A stretch of DNA of 61,000 bases, the filler included, from Sphacelaria rigidula (lineage: Eukaryota): assembly GCA_964200075.2 (NCBI GenBank). It is 8 parts of 8 records of this genome, joined end to end, with 100 filler letters (N's around TTAATTAATTAA, not from the genome) between each part and the next. Parts side by side here need not be neighbours in the genome. Positions count along the whole stretch, not along the records: positions 7,639 to 15,176 come from CAXNAA020014440.1; positions 15,277 to 22,814 come from CAXNAA020014441.1; positions 22,915 to 30,452 come from CAXNAA020014442.1; 5 more parts are not named here. One strand, written 5' to 3'. The position numbers were made by a program, and so were the translations under genes. Positions 12,294-25,074 of the stretch are shown one piece after another (position 1 is the first letter of the stretch; each line of letters starts with the position of its first letter). The notes under the pieces were generated by a model that made no database searches, was not told the origin of the DNA, and worked only from the letters and a program-made list of their open reading frames with translations.

Positions 12294-13533
12294 CTGATCA
12301 CAATACTTACTGACTGTACTGATGATGTCAAGTAACATGTTTTGGTGCGGCTTTGGGGCGCGGTATGTGTTGCCATCTCCCCCCTCATTTTGTCCGGTGG
12401 CGCGGTGAGGCTGCACATACTCGCTGCTTTCGGCCGTAGATCAGCCGTGACCATTTTGAACTGTACGTATTGTCTGTCGTGTGCCGTGCAGTCATGTACT
12501 CGAACCTTTCCTCATCCCGATGACAAAAATATGCCGCGAAAAGTTGACACCTAGCTCGTGCAGTATCAAGAAGATGTTAAAAACGAGCATTGTCCTACCG
12601 GGATCTGTACTTCTAGTTCGGATGTAATGCATCATTCATTCCGACTTTGCGGTGAATTTCTACAACAGGGAAGAACCTGGTGCCGGTCGAGCACGTCACC
12701 CTGTCGAAAGTCACATGCTATGGTATAGCCAGTACTTTGCTGGCATCCCGATTCAACGTACCGCAGTTATGTTGTACTGTACGCATGGGCCTACCGAATA
12801 CTAGACGCGTTTTGTTGTGCGACGATGAAAGGAGTTTTTTCGGTGACCGAAAATATGCACTTTCATTTCATTTTTGATAATGACCATTGATGACCCCCCC
12901 CAACATTCGAGAAGATATCACTGTACTGTACTCAAACAAAAAGTGGGACAATGATCCTAGAGGTAACGGTGGATAACACCCTCTGCGGCGATATGGTGTT
13001 GTATACAGTACCTTCAGTTTGGCTCAACGGAGTGTTGCATTGAAAAAAAGACGCACTCTCAAAGGCTGCGTCATCGAAGATAGATTATTCGAGCGCGCAG
13101 TAGGATATACTGTTTTGAGGAAATCTGGGCATGAGAAGCGTGCTTCTCCTCATCACGTAGGTATGCGCACAACTACAAGTTTGGGGAAGTCGGTACAACC
13201 GGCATCTCAGGGGTCCCCGAGATCTACACAACCGACATGAGCGCTCATGCTTTCAACGGACACATACAATTATAGCAGCCACTGCGCTCTGAAGCACACC
13301 GCGTCCTCATCGACAGGCGGTACGAGTGTGCAGTGCAGTACAGTGCAGTACAGAACAGCACAGTACAGGCGCCGCCGTCAGCGAGCCTGGGGCTTTTGAA
13401 TGCCGCAGTCCTTTCGCTACTGGTCGTTACAAAATGAAGCAGTTCCGTAGTAACCGCGCAAATGCACTTTTGCCGGTACTTCTACAGCACAGCACACTAC
13501 CGAAGGCACAGCACAGCTACCGAGTACCCGCAC

Positions 13534-13873
13534 CCTCATGTTGAACGACGGTTTCTTCTCCCCCAGGCGGTGTGCCCTCGCAACGCCCCTGTACGGCGAC
13601 TCCATCGTCCTCGCGCTTCCCTCCAGGTGTGCTGAAGCATCCTGCACCGCCACATGTGGCGCAGGCGATGCCCCTACGTGCCACGTCGCATGGCTAACCT
13701 CCCGAGATGATACACCAGCCGTCTCCACTGCTCGCCTATCTGCCGCCGCCAGTGCAGCTATTGATCCACTCCGTGGCCCACCACCGCCACCACCATTGCT
13801 TTCTACCGCTATTCTTCCATCACCCTGCATAGGTGAGCTACCCGGCATGATCAGAACGGCTCGAGTATGATAT
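13534..13873 (-). CDS. Candidate low-complexity exon of an unidentified protein
   Basis: GC-rich open frame (...MPGSSPMQGDGRIAVESNGGGGGG...GEKKPSFNMR) ending at AGG|gtgcgg. The 5' acceptor (13873 or 13876) is uncertain. Confidence 0.4.
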
Positions 13874-14338
13874 CTACTGTTCCGATAGGCTTATCAACCG
13901 TGTAGACAACTACAGTTGTATGGGGAAGTGTTTATATCCTGACCCAGGGCTTCGCGAAACAATGTTTTCTTTTTCTTTTGCCATATTTTCCCTGAGTGTT
14001 GAGACCCGCAATTCGACCAAACAGACCGTACAACAGAAACCCGATGCGTTTTACTGACGGGGTACCGTGTGACAAATTGTTCTGACACGGCGACATGGCG
14101 TCGTGACAGACACGGGTTTGGCTGCAGGTCGGCATCAGCTCTGTAGGACATGAAGTAGTGGTCAAGATGAGTTCGACCCGTTTTATGCAGATTGGGGGCC
14201 ATTTTCGAGTCAAGGCACACCACCTCACCTCACCGGAAGAACAAATTTCTGACGCACACACACGCACCACGTACATTCGGGGCCACGGTGTTCAAGAGAG
14301 CGGTGTGCACGGCAATAATATATTTTGACGTCACTTAA

Positions 14339-14436
14339 CCCTTAGACCGCGAGATTGGTGTTTCTGGATCATGCATACTTGTTTTCAATTGAAATTGATG
14401 CCGATTCAACAGAAGACTAACCTCGCGGTCTAAGGG
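14339..14436. mobile_element. piggyBac-like MITE
   Basis: TTAA|cccttagaccgcgag ... ctcgcggtctaaggg|TTAA: perfect 15-bp TIR and TTAA duplication. Confidence 0.9.
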
Positions 14437-14901
14437 TTAAACATGAATTTCTTTTGTATCGTTTCAAGAGAGGTTTTCTGGAAAATTGAGTGCTCGGTAT
14501 ATCTTTGATATATATGCACTGTCTATATGATATATAGGTTTTCCAATGTGTGAAATCAAGAGAATTGGAAGGTCCGCTTGGTTTTTTTTTTTTGTGTGTC
14601 GTTGCGCTCCATTGAACCTTCGACATACAATATTATTATACACCACATATCTATCGTCTGACTCAGGGGACTGTCGGGAGAACTTTTTCGGACACGGAGA
14701 CCGCCCTTCCGCCCCCCCCACCCTCCTGGGGGGCACAATTTTGTGAAAATTTACTTGATTTTTAAAATACATATTGTTGAAGAAATCTATCAAGAAACAT
14801 GTTGACAAAAGACGAAAAGTCTGCTGATAACAGCCGATTTTCGAAAATAGGGTTGAAAAAAAAAGTGAGGCTCTCTCGTGCTTTCCCTGACCTTAATTCA
14901 T

Positions 14902-15172
14902 GACAAATGACTTTCATGTGGACCAACGCATCCCTCCCGACCTCCTTGAAACTATTTCGAGGGATTTCTAGCCTTCCGTCCCCCCCCCAAAAGGGGGTAT
15001 GTGCGAAAGCACGATTTTGGGGACAAAAAACGTCATTTTTTCACCCCGAAATCGAAGCAAAAGCGTGCTTTCGCACATACATACCCTTTGGGGGAACGGA
15101 AGGCTAGAAATCCCCCGAATAGTTGTAGGGAGGTCGGGAGGGATGGGTTGGTCCATATGAAAGTCATTGGTC
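14902..15172. mobile_element. Foldback (long palindromic) MITE
   Basis: gacaaatgactttcatgtggaccaac...tagccttccg...tgtgcgaaagcacg is mirrored by cgtgctttcgcaca...cggaaggcta...gttggtccatatgaaagtcattggtc. Confidence 0.8.
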
Positions 15173-15176
15173 TTGA

Positions 15177-15276
15177 NNNNNNNNNNNNNNNNNNNNNNNN
15201 NNNNNNNNNNNNNNNNNNNNTTAATTAATTAANNNNNNNNNNNNNNNNNNNNNNNNNNNNNNNNNNNNNNNNNNNN
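15177..15276. other. Artificial contig-joining linker
   Basis: N44-TTAATTAATTAA-N44. Confidence 0.98.
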
Positions 15277-16217
15277 CGATACATCGCCAGTTAGAACGGG
15301 CTGAAGGAAAGTGAGCTTCTTGGGCGGCCCAGCCTGTACACGGATTTTTTTTTTTTCAGATGAATCATTGTTTGTCCGGCCGTTGATTTGTTCGAGCTGT
15401 GTATCAACGAATCCGACCCGACTGTTGTTGGAAGTACAGCCCCAGGCTAAGAACTACTTCGAAGTATTAATGATGCATGGTCATACTTATTCTTCCGAGG
15501 ATTCGAAGCGGCACACAAGCGGTAATACTCAACTATTTTCCACATATCACAAACATGCATATCAAAAAGCGAAAAATGCATATTTTCGGCCAAAATGTAG
15601 TGTGTCATGTAGTGGCGCAGTAAGTAAGTGCCATCTTCCAGAGAGTTTTCTTCCAAACAGTAACGTAACGTCGTGTCCCACCAACAAAATTCAAAATTCA
15701 CACCCTGTAGATTGACTACATGGCGTATATAATACCCCTATATGCAACAGACAAGAAATGTACTGCGTGAAGTATAGGCCTAATACAACTATTCACTATA
15801 TATTGCCCAGGGTGTGCAAGATCTGAAGCCCCTTTCGCCCCCCCCCCCTCCAGTCACACATTCAACTCTCCACCCCTTTTCCTCGAAACGAGTCCGTGGT
15901 CTTGAGGGATAAACCATCCCGTCTCTCCCTTTGTACGGGTCGAGCCTGGTCCGGCGAAAACCCGGCGTGCTCCGTCCCGGCTTTGTAGGGATGCGGGGTC
16001 AATGATCTCATGACTATGGCATGCATGATCATGAGTACACCCACATTCTCTCCACCCTAATGCTGACAATCGAAGCATTGGACTACTGGAGCGCGGGGGC
16101 TGTAGTGTCTCCCAAACTCTATTGAGGTGCCAATGCCGTGTGCCGACGATCTATTCTACGGTAGTGGGAAGTCGTCATGAAACTATCTGTGGAATCATGC
16201 TTTGACAAACAACACAG

Positions 16218-16405
16218 GCAAGATCGTTACCATCATCAACAGATCGGAGATCGTGGGACGGCCTTTGGCGGCAATGCTGGCCAACGACGGAGCCACCATC
16301 TACTCGATTGACGTGGACTCCATCTTTGTCTTCAAAAGGGGTGCACTCCGGAAGACGGAGTACACGCCCGAGCAGGCGGTCAAGCAGAGCGATGCTGTCA
16401 TCACG
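16218..16405 (+). CDS. MTD1: NAD-dependent methylenetetrahydrofolate dehydrogenase (MTD1-type, FolD family), internal exon
   Basis: cag|...|gtcagt. (G)KIVTIINRSEIVGRPLAAMLANDGATIYSIDVDSIFVFKRG...SDAVIT; INRSEIVGRPLAAxLANDGA is the MTD1-type signature. Confidence 0.92.
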
Positions 16406-16440
16406 GTCAGTTTCACCCTAGTGATCGTAATACTAGTACG

Positions 16441-16485
16441 TAGTGGTGGTGGTGGTGGTGGTGGCGGTGGTGGTGGTGGTAGTAG

Positions 16486-16520
<35 letters not shown>

Positions 16521-16532
16521 TGTTGTTGTTGT
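16441..16532. repeat. Compound (GGT)n(AGT)n(TGT)n microsatellite in an intron
   Basis: Read directly. Confidence 0.95.
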
Positions 16533-16612
16533 TCATTTTTTTGTCTTCTAATTTTGTGTATTCCTTGTTGTTCTGTGTTGTGATCTGTGCGGCCATGTAT
16601 TTTCTCTCGAAG

Positions 16613-16720
16613 GGGGTGCCGTCCAAGGACTACAAGCTGCCAGCATCCTGGCTCAAGGAAGGATGTGCCGTCATCAACGTCAGTACCTTCAAGAATGTCG
16701 ACGAGGAAGAAGTCATGAAG
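16613..16720 (+). CDS. MTD1: MTD1-type dehydrogenase, next exon
   Basis: aag|...|gtgaag, 108 bp, phase 0. GVPSKDYKLPASWLKEGCAVINVSTFKNVDEEEVMK continues the VITGVPSxxYK motif. Confidence 0.9.
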
Positions 16721-16844
16721 GTGAAGCGATATGGAGCACAACGCTCCACAGCAGCGCGCGTGTGTAACTACAAATTATATTCGGATCTTTAGAGGGGCTA
16801 ACAGTTCCGAGTGCTGAAAGCTTGCCCAGAACACGTTTGTGTCC

Positions 16845-17000
16845 CACGTGGCGACTCAGGCGCCAATTTGAGGTCTTCCAACGGACAATTTGCCGAGCTC
16901 ACTCTTCGCATCCCCCTTGTCCGAGGGTTCACCTATGCCTTGGGTTGAGGTTAGGATTAGCGCTAGCGTTAGTTCAAATCGTGATTTCCTGAGAATGTTC
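16845..17000 (-). mobile_element. Diverged copy of the telomere-repeat-carrying MITE
   Basis: Reverse complement reads ...ctaatcctaacctcaacccaaggcata...gaaccctcggacaaggggg...agacctcaaattggcgcc, matching ~525-705. Confidence 0.6.
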
Positions 17001-17210
17001 TGTAAACCGTTGTTACGACAAATGCGTAATCACGCTCTTCCCGAACCCTCGAATGAGCAAACGTTCACACAATGTCAAGCTACGGGGTTATATTCCATCT
17101 ACTAAATCATCAAAGTAATTCAACTATTTTTATGACAAAATGGGTAAGCTGTTCTGGGTTCGAGACGTCGGTGGCATCGTAATTATTCATCGTATTCATT
17201 TATCGTTGTC

Positions 17211-17282
<72 letters not shown>

Positions 17283-17283
17283 A
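17211..17283. repeat. (ATG)n microsatellite
   Basis: Read directly; it is the source of the poly-Met pseudo-ORF. Confidence 0.97.
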
Positions 17284-17881
17284 TGAGTATCCTCATTGGA
17301 CAGCCCACGCTCGGTTTTGGCGTCCGTTCGGACATCCGGAATTCCCCAAAATTGGTTTCTCACCTAGGACCCCAACATTTCGGTTATCGAGATCCAAATT
17401 AGTATGACGTGAAGTAGTTGTCAAAAGCTATCAGTGGGTTGAAGAAATAGAGCCATATTTCGAAGATTCGGTGTGGATACGAAGATTTTTAATTCCCCTC
17501 ATCCCCAATGAAAGATCCATCCTCAATTTGTAAGATCCTGTGTTTGACGGTGATGTCTATCGATTGACCCCTTTTCTCAAACTTGTGTCCGGGAAGCGGT
17601 TTGTCGTATTGTACAATATGTATCGTCAGTTTTCTTCCCTTGTGTCTCCTGTTGAAGCAATAAATTTTCGTTGTCTACCGTCCGCCTATTGCCCCGGATG
17701 TGACATGTTCCGCGTGTGCTCGTACATGGCCAACATTAGCCGTAAGCCAAACGTACTCTGGCCTAGATTTCGAGGCAATTTTTCGCTGCGATATATTGTA
17801 CTCGTACAAGGTTTTTGCCTATTTCCACACGGAATTGATTTTCCATCAACGGCACAGATCGAATTCAACGCTTAATTTTTG

Positions 17882-18113
17882 CAGGGCACTTATCGTTACA
17901 CGTCACAAAATTCGCTACACGTCGAAAGTTAAGCCAGGCTAGTTCGTACTGATCTGGCTTGACTTTGAACAGGGCTCCCCACGTGGTTCCCCACCGTAGT
18001 ACTAGCCTGGCGCGGCGCTTCAATTTTTTTCGTGTATTGTAACGAGTTTTGTAACGTGTGACGGATTTTGTGACGTGTAACGAATTTTGTGACGTGTAAC
18101 GATAACTGCCTTG
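17882..18113. mobile_element. hAT-like MITE
   Basis: TIRs cagggcacttatcgttacacgtcacaaaattcg and cgaattttgtgacgtgtaacgataactgccttg. Flanks aatttttg and aacttgtg match at 6/8, consistent with a decayed 8-bp TSD. Confidence 0.75.
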
Positions 18114-18617
18114 AACTTGTGTGCCCTTCCCGCGAAAATATCGGCTGGAGTAAATGTGCGTATGTACGGTACTTCTGGTTTACTCGTCTTCTCTCAGCGA
18201 AAAAGTCAACAACCCAGGCGCACTCCGGCATAATGTTGAAGGGAACTCTGCTGGAACACCATATACTCTTCAGACAGGGAGTCTTTTTTTCCACGTCTCC
18301 ACACAGGTTTTCGACACAAAAATATGATTACGCTGCTCAATTCTGAGTCGTTTACTACGAAATTTTGACACGATGTACAGGAAGTGTGTACAAAGATCCG
18401 ATTTTTTACCCCCCTTCACTTTTTTTGTTTCAGTGCGCTATCGGCAACGGAAAATTTCAGAACAGTTTTTTTTTCAGGAATAAAGTGCGAATTACGCTCC
18501 AAAATAAAGTGTAGAGAAGGGAAATATGTAGAGTCTTTTCACATACCTCATGTGCATATCGTGTCAGATTTTCATAGAAAACGACTCAAAATTGAGCAGC
18601 AAAACCGCTTTTCAATA

Positions 18618-18902
18618 TCAAGAATGTTTTCGTGAGAGTGAGAGTCGAGGATACGATTGGGAGTGAAAGCGGTCAATCAATAAGATAAATAGTTTCAGTT
18701 CTTAAACGCCGCTCCGGGCTTTATGTACGCTTTCTGTAGTAGCTTGCCGCCGAAGCCTTTGATTTTGCTGACTAGGATATCGCCGAATAGCTGTGGAAGC
18801 TCACGACAGAGTCGCCGGCAAAGAAGAGCACACATGATAAAATATTGGTCAAGGTACACCGAATGATGAAACTCACTCTCAATCTCACGAAAACATTGTT
18901 GA
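18618..18902. mobile_element. MITE (second copy at ~20501-20791)
   Basis: TIRs tcaagaatgttttcgtgagagtgagagt and actctcaatctcacgaaaacattgttga. The internal aatagtttcagttc...gctttctgtagtagcttgcc is shared with the second copy. Confidence 0.75.
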
Positions 18903-18988
18903 TTCCTGCTCGCATATTCGGCAGCCCACCTTGTACGATATAAAAGCTGGTTTTAGAAATCAGGTCTCCAGATGCGAATCTCGTTACT

Positions 18989-19019
<31 letters not shown>

Positions 19020-19722
19020 GTCACTTTTTTTTGGTTGCCGTTGCCGGTTGACCGCTGGTGACCGCTCCCTTTGGCGNNNNNNNNNNGTGTGTGGGGGTTG
19101 CACTGATTTTGTGGTGGCGTGCGTGGTTCGAGCATCGACCTCACTCCCCGTTGGAGAGGAGGGGGGGGGGGGGAGGGCAACCGCGGCATCACTCATTTTA
19201 TTTTTGATATTACTACTATTTCCGCGCATTAGCCCGATCCCTCGAACCCGTCGTCACAGACGTAGGCTCTTCTTTCCGATACCGCCCCTCCTATTACTTA
19301 GAAAATATGGATTCCTCCATCAATTTTTTTTTCGGAGACTCCAGCCTAATCACAAGAACAAACGTAATCAAACAAAGAATATTACCGAAATGAAAATAAG
19401 AAGAGAGACGCCACCAAGAAAAACATGAGAAGTACAATAGCTTCCCCGAGTCTAACGGGATGAAGAAGGAAAAAACCATAAGGGTATTAATAATAAGGCA
19501 TCACGGATGTTTAACGCAGGGGCTTGCCTTTTCTTGTTTTTCGTGCCCCCCCTCGTTTCGCGCCCTGTCCCCCCCCGCTCGCTCCTGCCCCTCCCCCCGG
19601 CCCACCTCCGGCNNNNNNNNNNAAAGGGTTGTTAATAAAAAGTCCCCCCGGCGGTTTAACGCAGGGGCTTCCCTTTTTTTTTTTTTGTGCCCCCCCTCCC
19701 CCCCCCCCCCCCCCCCGCGCAG

Positions 19723-19833
19723 ATACCAGGTGTACGGTACGTCCCAATGGTGGGCAAGGTGACCGTGTCGATGCTCGAAAGGAACCTTCTGCGCTTGCAC
19801 GAAAACTTCGGAGCAGGTGCTTGCATATTCTGA
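19723..19833 (+). CDS. MTD1: MTD1-type dehydrogenase, C-terminal exon (not in the ORF track)
   Basis: cag| then IPGVRYVPMVGKVTVSMLERNLLRLHENFGA, matching the YVPxxGKVTxxMLxRN C-terminal motif. It either splices at 19816|gt or reads GACIF to TGA at 19831-19833. Confidence 0.85.
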   Translation: MPGVRYVPMVGKVTVSMLERNLLRLHENFGAGACIF

Positions 19834-19969
19834 GTGTTTTTGCTCTGGTCTGTCCCTCTCTCTCTCTCTCTCTCTCTCTCTTCGCTGATGTTTTGTTTTC
19901 AGAGAACTTCGGGGTATTATGTACGAACATATGTGACCACGGGTCCGCGAGATTGGACTGATGTGCGGA

Positions 19970-20045
19970 AATAATAATAATAATGATGATGATAATAATA
20001 ATAATGATGATGATGATGATGATAATAATAATAATAATACTAATA

Positions 20046-20083
<38 letters not shown>

Positions 20084-20108
20084 AATAATAATAACAATAA
20101 TAATAATA
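19970..20108. repeat. (AAT)n/(GAT)n compound microsatellite
   Basis: Read directly. Confidence 0.95.
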
Positions 20109-20500
20109 TTGCGGAGCAGGTACGTCTTGCTTTCAAAAGTAATATTGATGGACAGCTACTAATAGGAGTATATGGGGTATAATATTATTTTGGGGTTGGG
20201 TTGGGCTGGGTTGGATCATTGTTTTTTGAAAGGGGAAAACAATATATTGTGCGTGCGTGCGTGCGGTGGCTGGTCTCTTTTTCCTGTTCAGTTCCGAATA
20301 TTGCTTGTGCTTCTGTTGTCCTATTAGAACGAGAACTCAAATCAAGCTTTTATTTTTTTAACAAGAGTGTTGGAAGGTGTCCGTATGCGTTTTGTGACAC
20401 GTTTCCATCCGACGGAATCTTGTATGACGACCAGCGTAGTATAGTTAGTAAGATCCCCCCCCTTTTTTTTAATAAATGCGAAAAAAATGGCAGCACGCGT

Positions 20501-20791
20501 GGGACAATGTTTTCGTGAGATTGAGGGTAGAAAATGCGATTGAGAGTGAGAAGTGGTAAATTAATTAATGAATAGTTTCAGTTCCGAAATACCCCTCCAC
20601 GAGGCCCGATATGCTTTCTGTAGTAGCTTGCCATTGAAGCCCTTGATATCCGTGAGTAGGATGCCGACGTGTAGCTGTAAGCGCACGCCAGTGATGGGGG
20701 CGAAAGAAACGCACACACGAAGAGAGTGGAGGATTGGTCGATTTAAAGTGAATGGTAAAACCCAAATCTCAATCAACGCAAACGTTGTTTC
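20501..20791. mobile_element. MITE, second copy of the 18618-18902 family
   Basis: acaatgttttcgtgagattgag ... ctcaatcaacgcaaacgttgt with shared internal sequence. Confidence 0.65.
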
Positions 20792-22814
20792 GGGTGGCGG
20801 GTTTTCGTGCTTACGTACACTTCGACTTTTGGGCCGAATGGAAAAAAAATATGTGCAAGAGAGTCGGGCGCAGGAAGCCACTAACCCTTTTAGAACCAGA
20901 CCTCAACAAACCAGGGGCGAGTGTCAATTGTGAATCGGCATCATTTTCAGTTGAAAAACGACTGAACGAATTTGATGTTGCCAATTCGTAAATGGACCAC
21001 CGCTCACAGTCAAAGAGTTACACCCCTGTTCAATCGCAAAGACTCATCATGCATCATCATTATGGTTATTATTATGTTCATATATTCATGTTTTGTTTAT
21101 CATGTTTTTTTTTCTTTTTGCTATTGATAAGCCTTGACGAGATAGCCTCCCTCCCCGTTCGCTGTGTTTTTTTTCGCGTTTTTTTGTTTTTGTTCCCCAC
21201 ATTCGCTCAAATTTTGGGTGAAACGTGCCACACACATCGCAGACATGGCAGTGGGAGCAAAGGCGGAAACATGAGGAGCACAAAGCGGCGATCCATGCGT
21301 GCATTCGTCTTGCTGTGCTGTGCTGTGCTGTGCTGTGCTGTACCGCACCCGATAACTGCCAGCAGTTGTTTACTGGCTCTCTCCACGTGTCTACATTTGC
21401 TTTCTGCTGCCTGAGAAGGAAGCAAGCGATTAAAGTGGCCAAGGAGAATGCTGAACGCCGGATGAGACACTTCTCACGATACCCCCCTTCTCCCCCCCCC
21501 CCAAGAAAAAAAAAGCAGCCGAAAAGTGTCCCGAAAAAAATGACCACACAGCGCCTGATGTTCAAGTTCAGGCTACATGAAGCGCCTTATATGGGCCGCT
21601 TCGGCGAGAACGAACCCTAGCGTGGGAAACTCCCAGCTGCTCGTTGTGCTCGACTTTTTCCATTTAAACTTGAATAAGATTTTGCCTCCCGGAACCAGGC
21701 ACTTTCTCGGGGGGGGGGCTATCGTAGAAAGTGTCATGAAACCTGTGTTTTGGATGATTGCTGGCACCCCACTTCCCTCGCAAGGATAAGGGGCAGTGCC
21801 GTACGAGTGAAACGTGGTGAGGTTTCCCCCCCGCCCCCGTAAGAAAAGGGGTAGGTGCGAAAGTAGTAAAATGGGATCGGAGTTCGAGTGACAGTCCCAC
21901 GGAGGAGGAGGTTGATGAAGCCCCCCTTTCGCCTTCTCTTCCACCAAGGCAAAGTTGTGGAGACAAAACTGTCACCGTTTATTAATTTTTATTTGATTTT
22001 TTGGTCGTAGACCTGTCATGACGGAGGATTAATATTTTTCTTCTGCTTTTTTTTCTTTCCATTAATTTTGCTCACACAAGGTCGGTTGGGTGGTGAGGTT
22101 GTTTACTTGTGATGTATACTATAGCTAAAAAGGACAGTGATCATGATGGCAGCAAACAAACGCAGTTTCTCCCTACTTTTTTTATCATTATTATTATCAT
22201 TTTTTTGGGGGGGGGGGCGTGGAGCGGAAGGCTTGAAAAGGGAGAGAGAGAGATGATGACCGTGACTGCATGTGCCGCAGCAGGTTTTCGTCACGTCTAT
22301 CGGTTCCAGCTTCAGCAATATAGTGACGTGAAATGGTTTGTGTTTTTTGCCTCGAGCGGAGTCGTTCGTGCATGCTTAATCATGGATGTGGCAAATACTC
22401 CCGTACCTATCATGGATGGCGACAAGAGTAAAATAATGAAAATGTAGAACGAATGAGTTGATTGACTAATTGACTCAGTATCGTGCAGCATCACTATAAA
22501 AAATCCCCCAGGGATCAAGCTAGCTGTGGTCATTCTCCACACGACGGAAAAGCTCGCTGAAGGAAAAGGGGAGAAAATATGGAGGTACAACAGAGTTGAA
22601 AAAAAAGATAACACAAAAACTAGAAATGGCCGGCCTTTGCAACATGGCCTCGGTGGGAAAGGTATTGCGCAAAAAGCACACTGGTATACCTGAGAGCACA
22701 GAATATCGTCGGGGATTCGTCAGCGAGAGGGAAAGAATCACACCCTGAACAACAAATTGTGAGAATTGAGGTTTAACTTCGAGATGAGGCTCAAGCCTAA
22801 AACAGTGCTTTCCC

Positions 22815-22914
22815 NNNNNNNNNNNNNNNNNNNNNNNNNNNNNNNNNNNNNNNNNNNNTTAATTAATTAANNNNNNNNNNNNNNNNNNNNNNNNNNNNNN
22901 NNNNNNNNNNNNNN
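22815..22914. other. Artificial contig-joining linker
   Basis: N44-TTAATTAATTAA-N44. Confidence 0.98.
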
Positions 22915-22994
22915 AGATCGCTCCGGGAATCGAACCCCGCAACTCAACCATCAGAAGGTTACGAGGTTACCAAGAGCCACCGGGGCGACCGGCT
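22915..22994 (-). mobile_element. tRNA-like head of the SINE, truncated by the contig end
   Basis: Reverse complement agccggtcgccccggtggctcttggtaacctcg...ggggttcgattcccggagcgatct matches 10272-10351. Confidence 0.85.
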
Positions 22995-25074
22995 TAGAGG
23001 ATATGATTGAAATTGAAAAGCGGTAAATTAGTCAAGCCTTAGCCTTTGCTCTTCGTGCGCGCATATAATTTCGCATGAAAAGGGGTTTTGCGCATAAAAG
23101 CATGTGCGTTTTTTTAGAAACATGTTTTCGGAGATTTCACCATAACAAAGGCATAAAAACTAAGTTTTACGCATAACTAGGCGCATATATAGTACTCCAA
23201 CGGGATTATGCACCCTATGTCCAGCAGCTAGTAGCTGCCCACGGGTGCTCCGTGTGGCGTGGTTCGTGGAGTCGTGGCGTTTGTGTTCGTAATTTCTTTT
23301 TTATGAACTTTGTTGCGGGTCTGATATCGATTATAGTGCTGTATGTAAGTTACACTATGTTTATGTGAAACTGATCAAAAATGAAAGTGTCATATTTCAC
23401 ATCAAGCAGTACAGCAATGAGCACTAAACTAATATGGCGGAGCAGAAAGAGGTCGAGGTGACCGAGGTGTGGACTTCCGCGCCCCAACAGCGCGACGCGA
23501 AGGAGACCGCTGAGGAGCAGAGGGCGAGAGAAATGCACAAAACATTTCTTTATTATTTATTTTCAATTTCACAATTTTCAGTTATTTCTGATTTTTCATT
23601 ATTATTATCATTTTTTTATGTATTTTTCATCATGGCCTTCGAAAATCAATGAACGGAGAGAAAACGAGCGAGCCTTTCTTCCAAGCAATTGTGAAACCTC
23701 GACATGTTCAACGTGCCGTCTTGTTTTCTTGCTGGAAGGTAGGTTCCTCAGGTGGTGCCGCCAGGAACTCGCCATGAGCTGCCTCAAGAAGGACGCGAAA
23801 AAGGCGCATAAGTCGCGCATAATAAAAACGGGCATTGTCGACCGATATATATATCGAAATCGTATCGAGTATCGATGTCCGTCATGAAGGGCGGACAGAC
23901 GGGCAGACAAAATTATTTTCGGACAATGTTGAAAATCGGACATCGATACTCGATACGATTTCGATGTATATATATCGGTCGATACGGCGTATCGGTATCG
24001 CCGGTTTCCAAGCCGATATATTTCGATACGTACGAGCTGGGCCAGCTGACAGTGATTTTTGAATGTATCCTGACGATGCGGTTGGTAATTCGATGAGTTA
24101 CGCGCTGAAATTTCGATACCACATTTTTGTCATCACTACGCACGACCTTCCCGGGGGTGCCGAAAAAGAAAAAAAACAGGAAGTTAGAGTGATTTGAAGT
24201 TCTTGCGAAAATTAGAAAAATACTATAACTCCGTGAAGAAAAATATATACGGAGACATCCCCGGGACAGTTGTGCCTTTTTTTGTGGAGATCCTGGTCCT
24301 GGTGCAATTCCGGCCAAAAATTCCAGAAATTTGGCGCAGCATCCAACTTTTCGTGTGGCACGGCTGCGCCCTGGTGATCAAACTGATGGAACCGCCTCTT
24401 ATTACAGAGGTCACCAGTTCGAATCCCGACACGACCATTTGTTTTTTCGCGTATAATCTGGATTTTCTTTTGTGCATAATTCCAGGGATCGGACGAATCA
24501 TCGCCGGTTCGAATCACCAAATCCACGATTGTAGCGGTTGCGGGACTATCTTCATCCCCGCCCTGGCTTCAAAGCTCAACCTCCACCCGTGAGCCTCTGA
24601 TTCTGCTTCCTCCCGAGTTGCGAAGGCTCTCGACATTCTGGTGACGGTCATGCATTTGGGGGGTGTATAGCGCAGTTTGAGGTCGTACTTCTCCCTCTTA
24701 CGGTGGTAAATGACTGTCGGCTGGGAGGTTCTCTTCCATGGTGGAGCTGTGGACGACCTTGATGCCGTCTTGCAGCACGACCAATGTGCTTTCGCCTGCT
24801 CATGTCGAGTCTTCGCGTGCCTGTGAGGCGCAATTCCCGATCGTAATTCCACCGCATCCCGTGAAACGACGTCTCCAGTGACGCTGTCACGCAACAACGC
24901 GAGACGTTCCCGGTACTCAATGCAGTACAACAACATGATCGCCAAAACTTCGCCAATCGACCAGCGGCGGTGCCGTGCATTACCAGGTTGGTCTGCAGTT
25001 CACAGCGATATGCTCAAGTCAGGCTGATTTGGTAAACTTGACAATGGTTGGTGTGACATGCTACTGCGGGATTT

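Noticed and set aside
1190..19833. Threonine aldolase plus methylene-THF dehydrogenase as a glycine/one-carbon gene cluster
   Set aside because: They lie on different contigs separated by artificial linkers.
16433..20182. Poly-M, poly-N/D, poly-L/S and poly-Y ORFs
   Set aside because: These are translations of microsatellites.
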